Shown here: one piece after another, positions 45,401 to 59,518 of the stretch
How positions within the stretch are numbered: the first letter of the stretch is position 1
Layout: each line of letters opens with the position of its first letter
DNA from: Hyphochytrium catenoides
Lineage: Eukaryota; Protista; Hyphochytriomycota
NCBI GenBank assembly: GCA_900088475.1
Contig: FLMG01000211.1
Location: forward strand, 1-64,000
DNA length: 64,000 nucleotides
Direction: 5' to 3'
Notes under the pieces: model-generated
The model's input: only the letters and a program-made list of their open reading frames with translations
What the model was told of the DNA's origin: nothing
The model's database searches: none
Translations under genes and position numbers: made by a program

Positions 45401-48400
45401 CTGCCCAATACCTCAGCCGCTTTCGCTGATATCCCATAGTTTGTAGAAGAAACAAGATCATTTAGGAGTCTCCAACCTTCATGGAGATCGTCGGGGACGC
45501 CTACTATGTTAAGGACTTTTCGGTCGCTTCTTTGAACAAGTAAGAGACTCTCTAAAAAAGCTGGCGTATCGGGGGGAATCACTTCGTCTCCTCCATGTTC
45601 GATTGAGCGGCGAAGCTCTCTCTTGATCCTCCCCGCATCTAGGCTCTCCGTCTTCGGGAAAACTCGTAACACGGCATTGAATAAGCGAAGATTGTCCACA
45701 AAGATCAGGGAAGAAGAGTTTGGAAGAACTTGCGCAATGTGATCGAGGAAGCGTGTCCCTTCTCCGACGTCAAAGGCGACTTCAGCCCCTGCTTCTCCTC
45801 TTCCCCCTACATTGCTTTCCTCTATTTCGCTTCTAATCCTCCTCGCCATGATAATCACCAGTTCACACAGATCACGAAGTAGATAGTGGAAGCCTCTATC
45901 TGTCCCGTAGGGCTCTTCCACCCTAAGGAAAGCTTCCGTCAGGAGCGGTAGCCATGACTTAGAGAAGAGAAGGAATGGCTTTGGTTTGTTGAGAATCAAG
46001 CGCAAAAGGAAGGTCTGGACGTGAGGGGGCGAGGAAGAAAGTGAGGAGAAGGAGTTTCGGTAAGAGAGTCTCTGTGCGAGGGCCCTCATCCAGACTGGCA
46101 TCCCCATCGTGGCCCATTCCGGAGTAAAATGTCTCTCCATGTGGTCAAGGAGGCGCACAACTACCTGCATGAATGGGACACAGTTGATATCATCCATCTC
46201 CAGGACAATACTATCACCTGCTACCCCACTAACATATTCTATCTTGCCGTGTTTTCCTCCTTCTGCATCATCTTCATCTGCAACATAGGGCAAAGCTGAC
46301 AGAAAGGCGAGTTCCCCTGCGCCTCTGTTAGAACGGCTGAGGGATCTGGTAGCGGAGGTAGACTTGACAGAGGATGAGACAAGAGGAGGCAGCTTTGCCA
46401 CCTCGAAGGGCTTCGTATTGGCAGATAGCCTCTTATCCCACTCTTCCTCTAAGAGAACATTCTCCCAAAACGTTCCTCCTTCCTTCTCTTCAAAGATCAA
46501 GTCATACCACTTCGCTTTGGTTTGCGTGGCAGCCACAGCCGTCGAAAGAGCAGCAAATGCGGCCTGAGCATAACTGACAGCGGCCTCCCTTAGATCCGAA
46601 GAGGCAGAAGATAGGGCCGATATAGTGATGGCACCTCTTGCGAGCTTGAACACTGCGGCCGTGAGCTCCGTACCCTTGCACTCCCGCTGTCCCCCCAGGT
46701 ATGCTTGCGTAAGGCTACTTTTGATTGTATGTGGCTCTAGCACTCGGTAGGCTATAGACACAATGGTAAAAGCCACTTCTCCTTCAAACAACTTGCTTTC
46801 CCGATCTGAAGAATCAGCAGGAGGGAGGGGGGCAGCTATCGTACTCATGAGAGAAGAGATAAGGGGTCGAGAGGAAGAGAACGTCGACGCTGAGATTGGG
46901 ATGGAGGAGCAGAGGAACTTCTCCACGGTCTGCAGCCTGGAGCCCTCTAGTAGAGGCACTAACAGACTGCCGAGCACCCGTCGCCTAAAAACTACGCTTC
47001 TGTGAGAGGCTAAGCACTGCTCTAGACACCAGACGACTGCGTCTTGAAGAGTGTTAATACTTGCAAGGCTTGTTCCCTCTTCCACGTCTAAGCGGAGAAG
47101 GGCAGCGACGAGCTTACGTAATCCCGCCTGGACTTGTCTCTCGAACCGATGAGGCTTTTCACTCAGGTTGTGAGCTAAACTCTCTAGAATAGCTACATTG
47201 CCAGCGAGAGCTGCTGCACTAAGGATATTTAGGAACAGAAGCTTGAACCTCTGCGAATCTTCTATAGAGAGAGAGTCGGTGGAACGAAGAGGAAATGACT
47301 CAAGAACGAGAGAGCGGATGGACTGGTGAATACTCGCTGGCTGCGCCACAGTTCCTGGAGAGAGGATGGAGCCGCAGGCTCTTAATATTCTTCCCTTAAG
47401 CAGGTAAGAAGAGGATTCAGAGGAGAGTAGGGAAGAAAAGAGTTCAGAGACAACGGGTAGAACATTGCTTGTCATATGCTCTGTCACGCCCGCTCGCAGA
47501 AGCGATTCCACCATCACGATCGTCGATATTCTAAACTCCCTTATTGTCTTGAAGGGCTTTCCGCCCACGATGCCTTCTAGAAGTGTTGCGAAGTCCTTTA
47601 AAAAGGGCAGTGCATCCGTTCTGACAGCATCTTTCCCCTTTCGTCCACCGCCTTCTCTTTCGTTCACATATTTCCAATGTCTTCCTGCTGCAAGAACGCA
47701 CTGCCGCAGAAGGGAGGAGAACCTACTTAGCTCTCTGGAAGATGCGTACTCCATCGCTGCCAGAATCCGGACACAAAGCTTTCTCCAGATTCCATTAGTA
47801 GCAAGTACCAGGCCAAACTCCATCGGGCAGTAAAGAAAGGCAGGAGGGAGAGGAGAGGAGGTAAGAAGACGGTCTACTATGCCATCATGTTTTAAGGTTG
47901 GGAGAAGAGCCACCATGCTGGAGAGCACGAAGGCGATGACAAGCTTATCCTCAGGACTACCGCATGGGAGATTCTCCAAGAAAACTAGGTCCAGCAGATC
48001 GTTCACTAGTGACTCGCACATATCTTCAAGTCTTTCCTCCTTGATGGCTCTCGCTAATAGCCCCACCCGCTCGAGGTGGACAAAACCGTTAAGCAAGCAG
48101 AGAAGCGATGGCGAAAGAAGTGATATGATCTTTTGGTCGTTTCCTTTGAGCTGGCTCGTCTTCTCGGTGAACATCTCTGATACAGACATATGATGGCGTA
48201 TGGCATTGCCCGCAGAGACCGTTAGCTCCTGCTTCAAGCTCTGTAGCACAAATTCATCTTCATTTAGGAACGTGTGGACCAGAAGATAGGAAGTGGCCGC
48301 CTGGTCCTTATCTCTGGCGCTCTCCGGTAAAAGAGAGGGGTCAGAAAACCAAGAAGCGACGATTGAGCGGAGTAGAGAAGAGCCTATAACGCCCTCTTTG

Positions 48401-51400
48401 GACAGATAGTCCCAGAGAACGCTTTCCTTTGTAGCTATTAGGACACAGACAAATTGATTTACTTTCTCCATCGTCCTTCGAAGGAGATTTCGCATCTTCT
48501 TCCTAGGTCTTGTCTCATTTCTTTCGTCCGTGCTTACCTCCCAGCTTGAGGGCTTCTGCTCGATCCTCGATTTTCCAACTTTCAATTCTTCATCTTGACC
48601 TTCAGAAAAACCGCTATTTGCTGGTAAAGCAAAGCTCTCCAAAAAGAGTTCAAAGAAGCGTTTTAGTGACTTGACGAGGTTCGGCTCGTCTTTGAGATTC
48701 CCACCAATAATTGTGCCACTCTCCCTGTCCCGTTTTGCCTGGGATCTGTGTCGAAAGAGGTCTGCCAGATCAAAGCGAAGCTTGGTTGTGGCTGTTGAAG
48801 AGCGAGGGAACTGACTGAACAGCCAGCGGTATGATTCCAAAGAAGAGATAAGCTGTTGAAGGCCTTCTTCTGTTGCTTTTCCATCTAAATTACCGGCAGC
48901 TTTGCATCGCAGAACCGCGTGCCGCTCACCACCATCTAAAATACGGGCTAGCCCTTCTGTTCCATTGTCCTGTACAAAGTCATCAATCCATCCCAAGGCA
49001 TCGCCAGAAGAGGTCGAAAAGGGAAGAAAAGAGAAAAGATGAAAGCACTTTTTCCTAAAAAGTCCCTCAGGCTTACTGATCTGAGCGAAAAGCCAGCTGC
49101 GCATTTCCCTCAAATTTTTGATCTCTCCTTTTCTCTCCTCGTCATCGTCGGATAGGACATCCTTTAGGTCCACTATCACTCTCTCTAAGAGAGCAACTGA
49201 ATCCATGGCAGGTTGAAGGGAGGTCTGCACGTCCTCCTGTCGATCGGACAGCTTGATTGACAGCAGGAAGCTCTGAAGCAATAAAAGGCCGCTCCTAGAC
49301 ACTAGGGTAATGTCCTCTTTAAAGTAGGGAAAGATGGTGTTGAAGGTTAGAGCAGCTCCAACTCTCATGGAAGGCGACGGATGAAGGGTAAGAGACACCA
49401 GTCGGTCCAGGAGAATGTTCACGATCTCCGGTTTTGACTGAGACAAGCCGCCCTTTCCCTTTCCTCCTCGTTTTCTGCCTGCTGCTGAGGAAAAACTGAA
49501 AAACTCTGCAAAGCACCTTGCGCTCATCTCTCTAACGCTTCCGTTTTTCGAGATTCCTTCACCTAAGGCATCAAGTAGACAGGCTTGGTCCCTTTCTCTA
49601 CCCTCCTCTTCAATCAACCAGTGGACGATCTGGAGGAGGAGAGAGGAAAAGAGCTTTCTTACGACGCTATCGTTGTCCACCGCAAGGACTAGCAGGACCG
49701 GAAATATCTTTGGCCAGTAGAGCGTGAAGTCTGCCGCAACCCTACCTCCTAGCCTTGTGGTTGTTGATGACACAGTCTTCCCAATGACCACGCTGATGAT
49801 AGTATGGAGGAGCTCTGCAGATGCAATTCTTCGTGGACGGCTCTGCTCGTCGTTGACCAAAGAGTGTAGCCGAGGCAGCAAGAGGCCCAAACACAGCTCT
49901 GTCTGCTCTCCGGAGACCTTAAAAGATAATGAAATAGGCTCTATTGGATCCCATACTACAGATGCCTCCAGTGCCTTCTCCATTGAACCAAGTAGCAGCC
50001 GACCATCAGCTCCTAAGCGTCCAACAAACCTCAGCATCTCAACCTGGAGTGTACTGCGAGACACAGAAGACGATGAAGTAGAGAGGGCCCCATCTATGAA
50101 TTGCATACGGCCCCCACTCATGGAGTGGGATGCAGAGAAGGAGGCAACGTTGTCTGCGGCCACCTTCCCAGCTGCTGTGTTGATATCGAGGTACTTGCTC
50201 AACTGGCCGACTAAAGACGCGATAAAGGGAGAAAGATCTATGCTGGGCTCTCCATAGCATCGTTGCAGACAGCTAAGCGCCGCTGAGGCTGTCGGTGTAT
50301 GGGCTAATCCTACCTCCAGCCCGCGCGTAAGTGAAGGCACTAACGTTTCCTCCGTGTGAATGGGCGTCGGAAGGTGGAGGAGAAGATCAAGGGAAGAGAT
50401 CAGCAGCTCTTCTCCATACTGTTCGGTCTTCTGAACAGTATCTCTTGCAAAGGATTGAAGAGATAAAGCGAGGACTTGCTCCGGACTTTCACCCAAAGGG
50501 ATGTAGATCTCTGACAGAAGAGACCTTGGCGCTACCAATTGGCCACCCTTTCCAACAGTTTCGTCGCCCATGTCCATTGCTTCAGTGGGCCCCCCAATTT
50601 CCGAAGTGGTGGAAGAACAAAAGTAGCTCTGGCTTTCTGCCGCCTGCATGGTCCTTGCTAAAAGCTTGTAATAGCCAGACACCAACGGCCATTTCCTTGC
50701 TCTCTCCATCATAGAGAGGCAAAAGACAGGGATCCACTTTTTCAGCCGAGAGAATGCAGTCGTGGACCGGAATAACCTCAGGAAGAAAGTGCAGAAGTTC
50801 TGAAACAGCTCGTGATCAACAGGAAACTGGGGCTCGAGGTTGGTAAGGTAGCTGCCTGCAGTGCTGGCCTCTTCCTTCGAAAAGTAGTCTAAGTCAAGCT
50901 GCTCCAGAAAGAGTAGAGAGCGCGAAAGGAGTGAGTCCATCAGAGTGCTCTGGATTTTCGAGATTTCCTCTATATCACAGCCAGCAGACGCTGCTGTTCT
51001 CCGTATGAAGCTCTCCGAGAGTAAAAGTGATACCCAGAGTTTCTCATACTCAAACAACAACCTGTCGTCAGGCATTCCTGTGTCTGGGTCGAAGATTGAG
51101 ACAAGTTCCATCGCAGATGTACTGGCGGTTTCTAGCGTCATCGCCAGTGCTTGATCCACAATTCCATCCATCGTACTCTGGAAAAGCTCCGGTTGCTTAG
51201 ACGCTGCTGCCAGCCAGAGTAGAAGAGCTCTCGCTACAGAGTATTGATCGCTCTCCCCTATAAGCCAATAGTATTTGAGCATCTTTTCGGACATTTGAGA
51301 GAAGGCTCTCTCATCGCTCACGAAGAGGTCCAACGTGTCAAGCTGCATTACAATTCGAGAGAAGCTTTGGATTGTTATGGCCAACTTTCGAATGTCCCTG

Positions 51401-52698
51401 TTTGACCTTTGAAGCTCTGGCGCCTCCCGTATGCCTTCTTTAGGGTCTAAGACAGCAACATCAACGGCTGCGAGAAGGTCACATCTATTGAATAGAGTGC
51501 GCGCAATATGCAGGATGTCATCAGTCTTCATGAACCTTTTCATGGTGCGGGATAGAGCTCCAAGTGTCTTAACTGCTAGATCTTCTTCCCCTGCTGAGAC
51601 CGAAGGATCTTGAAAGACCTCCAGAGACTTTCTGACCAAGTGGTTGAAAGTACGAAGAGACTGTGCATCCTCACTTCTCTCGTCCAAGAGGATGGAGATT
51701 TGGTCTAACATCGCCTCGTAGGCCATGAATGCATTCTTCCGAAGAACTCTGGCATCACTCAAGCAACAGGAGCGAACAAGTTCGGCTATGTCAAGGGGAT
51801 CCTCTGCGATTCCATTCCTGAAGACCTGGCTGTGAGATGCGAGCAGACCCAAAGCTGCCTTGGCCACAGCATAACGAGATAGATTTCTCTCTGCTGCGGT
51901 TCTGATGGTGGTTCGCAAGAAGTCAAAGAGCTCACTGTCAAAATGTCGATGCTGGGATAGCTGACCGACGAACAATGGATGAGAGAGTGCTCTTGTCAAA
52001 CACTTAAAGCACCCAGTTATCACAAAAAGTTCAGGCTTCCGCGCTTGCTTGAACTGTTTGTGCAGAGTCGTGTGCATCTGCTGGATTATCGATCGGGCTG
52101 AGTCCTCGTCAAAGTCTTCTGGAAACACAGTGATCTGGAGTCCTAATATCTTGAAAAGTGTTCCTCGCGTAGTTTGAGAGATTTTGGAGTTAAAGCGCGC
52201 CTCGCTCTCGAAAAATTTGCCATGTTCTCTCACTTGTTGCCAGGTGGACGCGAAGCTTGAGAGTCTCTTCTGCGTCTCCTTTAGCTGATTGATCTTCTTC
52301 AGCCCTCGGAGATAGCACTTCAGGGCCACGGCTTTGACAGTATTATAGGTATCTCTTTGGTAGACTCTAACGCAGGTTTGGCAGATCTCTGACAGATACG
52401 AAGAAAGGGTTGTTTTGGAGCAAGGCTTAATGAAGTCTGCGATGAACTCCAAGAGCTTGGCTCGAGCATCTCTTAGTACGCTGTCTTCTATAATCTCGGC
52501 GTCTAATGTTCTCTTCAGGAAGTGCAAAAGGTCCGGCGGATTTGTTGAGTCAAAAAGGATCGGACAGCTCTTATGCTCTTTCAATCCACCCGTGGAGGCC
52601 TTTAAACCCTGGGTGACGGTGCCAACATCTGCCTTGCCCTCCTTCTCGAGCAGCTGGTTGAGGTCGAACACATGCCGACGAAGAATATCGGCATCCAT
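39419..52698 (-). CDS. PRKDC: DNA-dependent protein kinase catalytic subunit (PIKK), about 4,260 aa, 4 exons
   Basis: HEAT-like N-terminus with DNA-PKcs-type motifs (WPLVSGYYKL, RIASAELLH, RVGAALTFN, LEMDDINCVPFM, GFHYLLRDL, VSLLRTYKSGSFPDVRI). Kinase [73 protein letters not shown]. Exons are 52698-40273, 39946-39753, 39676-39607 and 39520-39419. Confidence 0.93.
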
Positions 52699-53459
52699 TG
52701 GGCACACTCACTTTGCTTATACAACTGTGGAAACGGGCGGCAGGATGAGTCCGGTGCTCAACACACCTCACAGGAATGGGAAAGTGCTTATCCCATCACT
52801 AAGTGCAGAAATGGTTCCTCCAGGGCTCACACCCAGCAGCACCAATTCTCGGTAAGGGCGCAACCACCTACAGCATTCTTCAGCTGGATCTCCATTGTAT
52901 GTAAGGCGCAAGGCGCAGAGTGGCTTCTTGAGTGCGTAAAGAAAAGGTTGGCCACGTTCAGGTCGAGCTCGTTTATGAAGATTCTGATCAGTGTCTCCAG
53001 AAATCTTTCAGTACACTATCAGATTCTCTAAAGTGGATAAGAACACACAGTCTCGAGAATAGTTACCAAAATGGCTCATAATATTAGCAATAATGGTGAT
53101 AAATATTCCATATGGAGCTAGTGGTTACCCAAAACAAACAGGAGAGTAGAGCGATGGCGTTTGGGGAGGAGAGAGTTTGCCCGTCTTGCCGTTTGCTTGA
53201 TAGCGCGGCAAGCGCTGCAGGCCAGAGAAAGAGAAGAAAAGAGCAAAGACGACCCGGTATTTGAAGGCAGGCAATGTGGCAAGGATGAGATGCGCACCAG
53301 GTAGCCTGTGCAAACGAAGCAGAAGAGTACAGAAGACAAGCAAAGCGAAGGGGCAGAGAGAGATAGCTCATCCATTGGAAGTAGTTGCCGAGGACGAGTG
53401 CTAGGATCAAGAGAAGAGCATCGCTTTCGAATGGAAAAGCCTAGAAGAGGAACGAGATA

Positions 53460-56400
53460 TTAGGATTTTGACTCTCCGGTAATCTGCTTAGTGAACCAAC
53501 TTCCAGCAGAGTTCAGTCTTTGTCGCTTTGGCACTAGTCGAACACCATTGGCCCGGGAGGAGGTGTCGTGACCCTCTTGAGGCTTGTTGTTTCCCTGCAG
53601 AGCTCCACCCTTGGAGGCAAGCGGAAAGTCGTCTGGTAACGGTTGAGTAGCTCAAATTAGACCCTATTAGTGCTTCTTTTGACGTAGAGCCGCCTTACCG
53701 TCTTCATCGGAGTCATAAGGAACCAAGCGCTTCGGTGGCTCTGGCGGATTGTACTCTTCTCCGTTCTGGCGATGCATCACCGAAGAGGGATGAATAAGCT
53801 ATCGTTAGCTCAAGGACTAGAAGCATGAGCTCCACCTCGGGAAAAATATATAGCCCCAGACGATTGAGAAGACGTCATAATAGCTGGTCAGCAGAAACAG
53901 CCCGGCTCCTTTTGCATACACTTACCTCAAGAGTGGCGGTAGACGTTGTGTTCTCATTTTCTTCGTCTTCATTGAAGTACGATTCATCCTCGTCTTCTAC
54001 TGCCCGCCGACGGGCGGACGCCGTTTGTGCATTGTTGTCAGATGACGGGTTCCCGTTGTTCTCTGCGTCCATATTCTGCTCATGTCTCAGCAGCAAAGTT
54101 TTGAAAGTAGGAACGTAGTCCAGATCCTTAAAAACGGGACCATAACTTTCGCATATATACTTGACGAGGCTCTTGATATTCTTCTGCAGAGAGACAAAAA
54201 GTGTGTTCATCTTTTACCCTCGTAAGTACGATAATATAAGAAGAGAGGCAGAACTTACGCTTTGGATGAAGTCTAGCAACTCAATGATGGAGGAGTTGAG
54301 AAGGTTATTTCGATGATTATTGGCGATGAACTCTTTGAAGATCGGCGCGAAGAGGTCATTGCTGGCGAAGTTTCTGTTGTAGAACTCGTCCATCACACCG
54401 ACGCAGGTTCTAATAAACCTAATTGCCGCTGAAGGAGAGTGGACATAGTCAGTGTCTGAATGCTGGAGAAGCCAAATAGACAACGCGCCTGGGAACTAAT
54501 GGGACAGTGGTAGAATATCAAGAAGATTTTCTTGCCGTACCTAGCTTTAAAAACTTCTCCTTGGCGTTAAGTAGTCCGAGGACACTTGAAGGGATGTGAT
54601 TACGGAGGATGTGATACTTGATTCGATAGCCATGAGTCACAGCACAGAAGCACAAAAGGTCACAGACGTGATTCTTAGCAGCTGCATTTGCCACCGGACC
54701 TGCAATAGGGTGATTTTCTTTAGAGGTCAAGGACAGTATCGTGGTTATCGACGGTTTAGGAACGACGAGCGCCTTCGAATCATAAACCCTCTTAGGCTGT
54801 CGCTGAATCAGTCTTCTTTAACCTACAGCTGCGACACAACGTTGGCTCTGCCTCACCTGTTTGAGCTGCTAGCTTCTCGTTTACTAGTGGTTCCAGGAGC
54901 CAGTGGAAGTAAAAGTCGTAAAACGCACCAAGAAATTGGTCTCCCACTGGTGGCTAGGAAAAGGATAAACACAGTTAAGTAAAGTGTGTGGAGCCAAATG
55001 ACGAAGGTGACGGAGTTGTGTTGCAAGATGAAGAGGAGTAGCTTCGAGAGCGCGAGACTGAGGAAGTGTAGGACATTATCTTGGAAACCGCTAAAACAGA
55101 GTAACGTTGTCACGGGTGAGCCATCACCTTCATGCTTTCGGGATCTATGAGTGACCTCAGCGTATCGGCCGCATGTGCCAGTACTCCCACATCACTGTGA
55201 GTAGACAGCTGCCTTATGACATGATACAGAATGTTGTCTCCGCTTTTTTCTTGACGGTTGCGGGCGGCGTTGGTTGTCTAATTAAAAAGCGCCGTGTCAG
55301 TGTGATCAGTTCAGGTGGTCCCCAGCTAGAGGTCCGTAACCAAGAGTGCAGACATACATAGTGCGGGTGATGTCTCTCACCCTATGCAGATCTAGAATGA
55401 GCAGCACGCACAACCACTGTAATGAACGTAGACTTTAAGGTAAGCATATGAGAGTAGGCGTCGCCCACGAAATAATTCCGAACTGCCCTTCAGGGACAAG
55501 TGCAGAGATTGAAGAAGCCTTAATCAGTTCCAAAAACTGACGTAGCCTTACATAAACGGCGCTGAGAGCTCCTGCTGCGGCCGCCACATGGGGAGGTGGA
55601 GGAGGGTGGTTTCCCTTGGACACAATATGTGACCGCAGGAGGTTGGGCTCAAAAGTAGCTACTAGGGACAGTGACTCCAGGAGGTGCAACATTTCTGTGG
55701 TGGATGTCCGCGGGTCCTTCAAAATTTCGGTGAAGCACGACAGGACTGGTGTATCCTCAAAGACTACATAGAGAACGGAGAGAGGTCAGGTTACATGGGT
55801 CTCCACGATTGGCCAGCAAAATCAACAATCGGGAAGTAACTATATCTTTCTCTGCGAGGGCGTACAGCAGAATGGAAACAGACACGATCAAAACTTAGAC
55901 AGGGCGTCACGTACGACCACTGGGTAAGGCAAGCAAGGAATAGGACTGTAAGCGTCAAATAATGGCTCAATGAAACTCAAACCAGATGCTAAATTAACGT
56001 TGCCGACAATCAAAGACAAGTAGCTTTCAGCAGCTTACCACTTCTGTAAGCCTGCCGCCGGTCTTCGGGAGACAATATCTTCATTAGAGTACAGAGCTCT
56101 TTCAGGAGAGTTATCCCGCTTTCTCTGTCTTCTCCGTCTCCGTCACGAAGCACTTTAAATCTAAGAATGCCATTAGCAGGACATCCCGCGCATGGCCGGC
56201 AGATAACAATCACATGACCTCGAGCTACTAGAATAACCACGACAGAGTAGTGTAACAACGATCCGCAGTATAGAACTAAGATGCGACGCTACCAGCAGAA
56301 GAGTACTGAGATAGCTGTGTCATAGCATTGAGGACAAAGAAAGAGAATGGAGAGATTACATACAAGGTAGCTAGATAGTTCTCGTTCGCTACGAGCCCTG

Positions 56401-58363
56401 ATACAATCCTAACGTTGTTCGCAAATATAAGAGCGGCCAAAAACTGGAGTGTACTATCATCCAGCGAACGGCGGAGTACAATGTCCTTCAAGTAAGACAG
56501 TCTGAAGCTGATGTGAATCATATTTCGGACGGCCTCATCTTCTACAGGAACAACCTAAGATTTCACCCTGGTCAGTGCTCGATATGGACGGCTTTCTAGT
56601 CGGCAACAAAGCGTTGCCCTTTCGGTAGACAAGCTTGCCTTTTCCCCTCCTAGCTCGCTTGTTGGCCATAACCTACTCCATTCTTCATTCATTCCTGCTT
56701 GTACTATCTCCGAGTAGATCGCAATGTCTCTACTCAACTGAAACGTAACTCGTCCTTCCCTTCTCAGCTCCTTCCTAGTTTCCCTCCAAGTCTTCCTTCG
56801 CTACTGTTGGACCCACCTGACGAAACTTTGCATCTTCCTTGAAGAACTCTCTATATCTAGGCCGAGGGGTGATGTCAGGATCGTACTCGAAGATCCCGAA
56901 GGTCTGTTGGTAGAAGTCATTGCCTAGCAATAAATGAACCAGCTGCTCCTGATGGAGAGCCACTGTAGCAAAAAGTGAAAGGGGCAAAAAAGGGAAGTTT
57001 GCCGAAGGCGACGTTAGGACAGGCACGACACTTCATGCATGCCACGCTCTTCCACGACATCATGTACCTATGCCCTTGAAAACGGCAAACATAAGCCTGA
57101 GGCTAGTCTCGTCCTCCAAGTCCTCCAGATACTCGAAAACTTGGTAGAGGCTTCGCAAATACGCAGCATCCTTTGAAGAAATTGGTAAGAAGAGGCTATG
57201 TAAGATTCTTATTATAAGGGGGTGAGGTTGACTCCGGCCGTACCGCCCGACGGTAGTGTCACAAAAAACACCCTCAACAAGCAAATGAGGGAGGATGTTC
57301 CTTCGCTCCTGGCCAGACTTACATCTTTCAAAAGCTGCATCGCTACAGTCTCCTTCCTACTCGGGATCGTGTTGACTACCCGCAAGATTTCTTGCAAGTT
57401 ACCCATCTGGGGGCTAGGCAGCTCGAGCGGCGTTTGAGACTGAAAGCCTATATCTGAATCTGAAGCCGAGAATCGTAAGAAGAAGGATGGTAGCGGCAGC
57501 CCTTCTTTTTTTCTTTTTAGAAATACACCGTGAAAAGCAACGTAGGAAGTAAGCTTGTAACAACTTGGTCAACAATAGAGCAACATCTTGCCATACTATC
57601 GGGCGAGGTAAAGACGGAGGCGTAGACTTGTTCATCACCTTCGGAAAGCCTTGAAGCTTCTGGACCAATAAAGCCCTCCTCATTCTGAAAATCTCTAGAG
57701 AATTTGCCTTGTAAGGTCTGAATGCGATTCCTATCACAAGGGCCAATGACAGATCGGTATGATATACTCCACGTAAAATATTCTTGATCTTTGCGCAAGA
57801 GCAGTAACTACGTCTCCATGGCTAGAGCAACCTTACCAAATTTCTGCGCATCCTGACGTTTCCTGAAAACTTAGTGCAAGGCCCTCCCAGATAACAATAT
57901 TCTCTGAAAGACAAAGGTCAGAAAAGGCGGCTGCCAAGGAGTGCTGCAAGCCATAGCTCTCTTACCGCCTTGCTTTTGGTAGTTCGCATTCATTTCTATC
58001 TTGGAGTCCAACAAGGGAGCACCTTCTGGGTTGATCTTCCCATCGGAGTCTGGGACGACTAACAATGTTGACAGTCCTTCCTCGGGTGGCTGTGCAAAGA
58101 AAAGCGCCAGGCATGAATGCATTGACCCGGATATTGCATAAGAAGCTGCCTCTTCATACCCGCTCGTTGCAGGAGACCCATCCTGTTCCAAGATCGTCCC
58201 ACTCTCCAGTGTCGTTGAGAGAGTAGAGTTTCACTCTCCAGGTCTTGCCACCATTTCCATCCTTGCTGTTTACATTGTTCTCAGAGAAGAGCTTTGACTT
58301 TTCTGTCGTGTCAGGGGCATCTGCAACCGCAGCTCCATTGTCGGTTTCACCGCTAGCTTCCAT
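53460..58363 (-). CDS. PPP4R3: Protein phosphatase 4 regulatory subunit 3 (SMEK/Psy2), about 17 exons
   Basis: EVH1-like WRVKLYSLNDTGEWDDLGTG..YQKQGENIVIW..LALSFQETSGCAEIW, FEYLEDLED, GIFEYDP, IHISFRLSYLKDIVL, DLLCFCAVTHGYRIKYHIL, RNNLLNSSIIELLDFI and LVPYDSDED. All introns resolve as GT-AG in frame. Confidence 0.93.
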
Positions 58364-59518
58364 CCTGACCACCAAAGTTATTGGGTGACCTGGTACCGAC
58401 TATCAAACCATACTTCGGATCACTGGCCCTAACCTAGAGATTGCGACCCCAAGGTAAAGGATGTCTAACCCAGGTTTGACCGTGAAGGGACGACGTTTGA
58501 CTAAGGAAGTTGTAGAAAAGCTAGCCGCCAGGTTTCCCGCAAGATAAGGACGAGGACCAGGCATCTAGTATAGGACGTTAGGGACAGCAGCAGAGTAGCG
58601 ACGTCGTTGTTGAAATAGTTAGAGCAATGTGATCGGAGCTAACGTCAACAAGGATATCAAGAATCCCTTAGGCCAGCCACAGATATCCTGGCCCCCCGAC
58701 TACTCTGTCACTAGTGAAGTTCAGGGCGGAGAGAGCAGCTATCGGGAAGCGGAATCAGGAGAAATCTATGAAACCTCTGCACTCGATTGCGGGGCTGTGC
58801 ACTCGAAGGTTGCAAGCTGTGACAAAAGCTTCAAAATCTCTGGAAGCGAGTTGAGCCCAAGGAGGAAAGATGAGGGGCAGAGAACCCCACCAACCGGGCG
58901 TAATAATATGCATCCAAACTATACCTTCCAGACGGTTAAGAGACTAATACTACCTCTCGAGATTGATTGAACTTGATTATCGCCTGTTAGTAATCACCAC
59001 CTGCGCTGTAGCAATTTGCCAAAGGCCGAAGGAAGGTCATTTCTTAGGCAGACGCCAGATCTCTGTGAGAGAGAGGGTTGATACAATTTTATACAGTAAG
59101 TGAAAGGTCAATGCAGACAGGAGTGATAGAGATCGCTTGGAAGTCAGCTCCTGCCTGTACGAGTAGATGACAAGCAGGTTTACGCTGTAAGGCAGGAAGG
59201 CAGAGCGCGTGTGAGCTTCATTCGCTAAGTTATAAGCAAGCACTGCAATTCTGTGTTTGCTGGGCGAACGTGAGCATTAAGATCGACCACTTTCGCACGT
59301 CCCTGATTTTGGTCAGTAGCGACAGATTGATCATGCGTCACAGATGATCGTGGATTGCGTTGGTGGCGACGTCGGGCCAATGGCACCATCGTTGATGCTC
59401 TTTGTATCCTACTACACCCTTGCAGCGGTACCCCCTTGGACATCGTGTACACAACGCCTGCATTAGTTGCTCTACTTATAAGGTAAATTGGGACAGCATG
59501 TAGACTAAACACTGTGTC

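Noticed and set aside
40735-52855. Many plus-strand ORFs of 60-180 aa overlapping DNA-PKcs, and similar ones over the dynamin and other genes
   Set aside because: They are antisense shadows of real coding sequence with no motifs.
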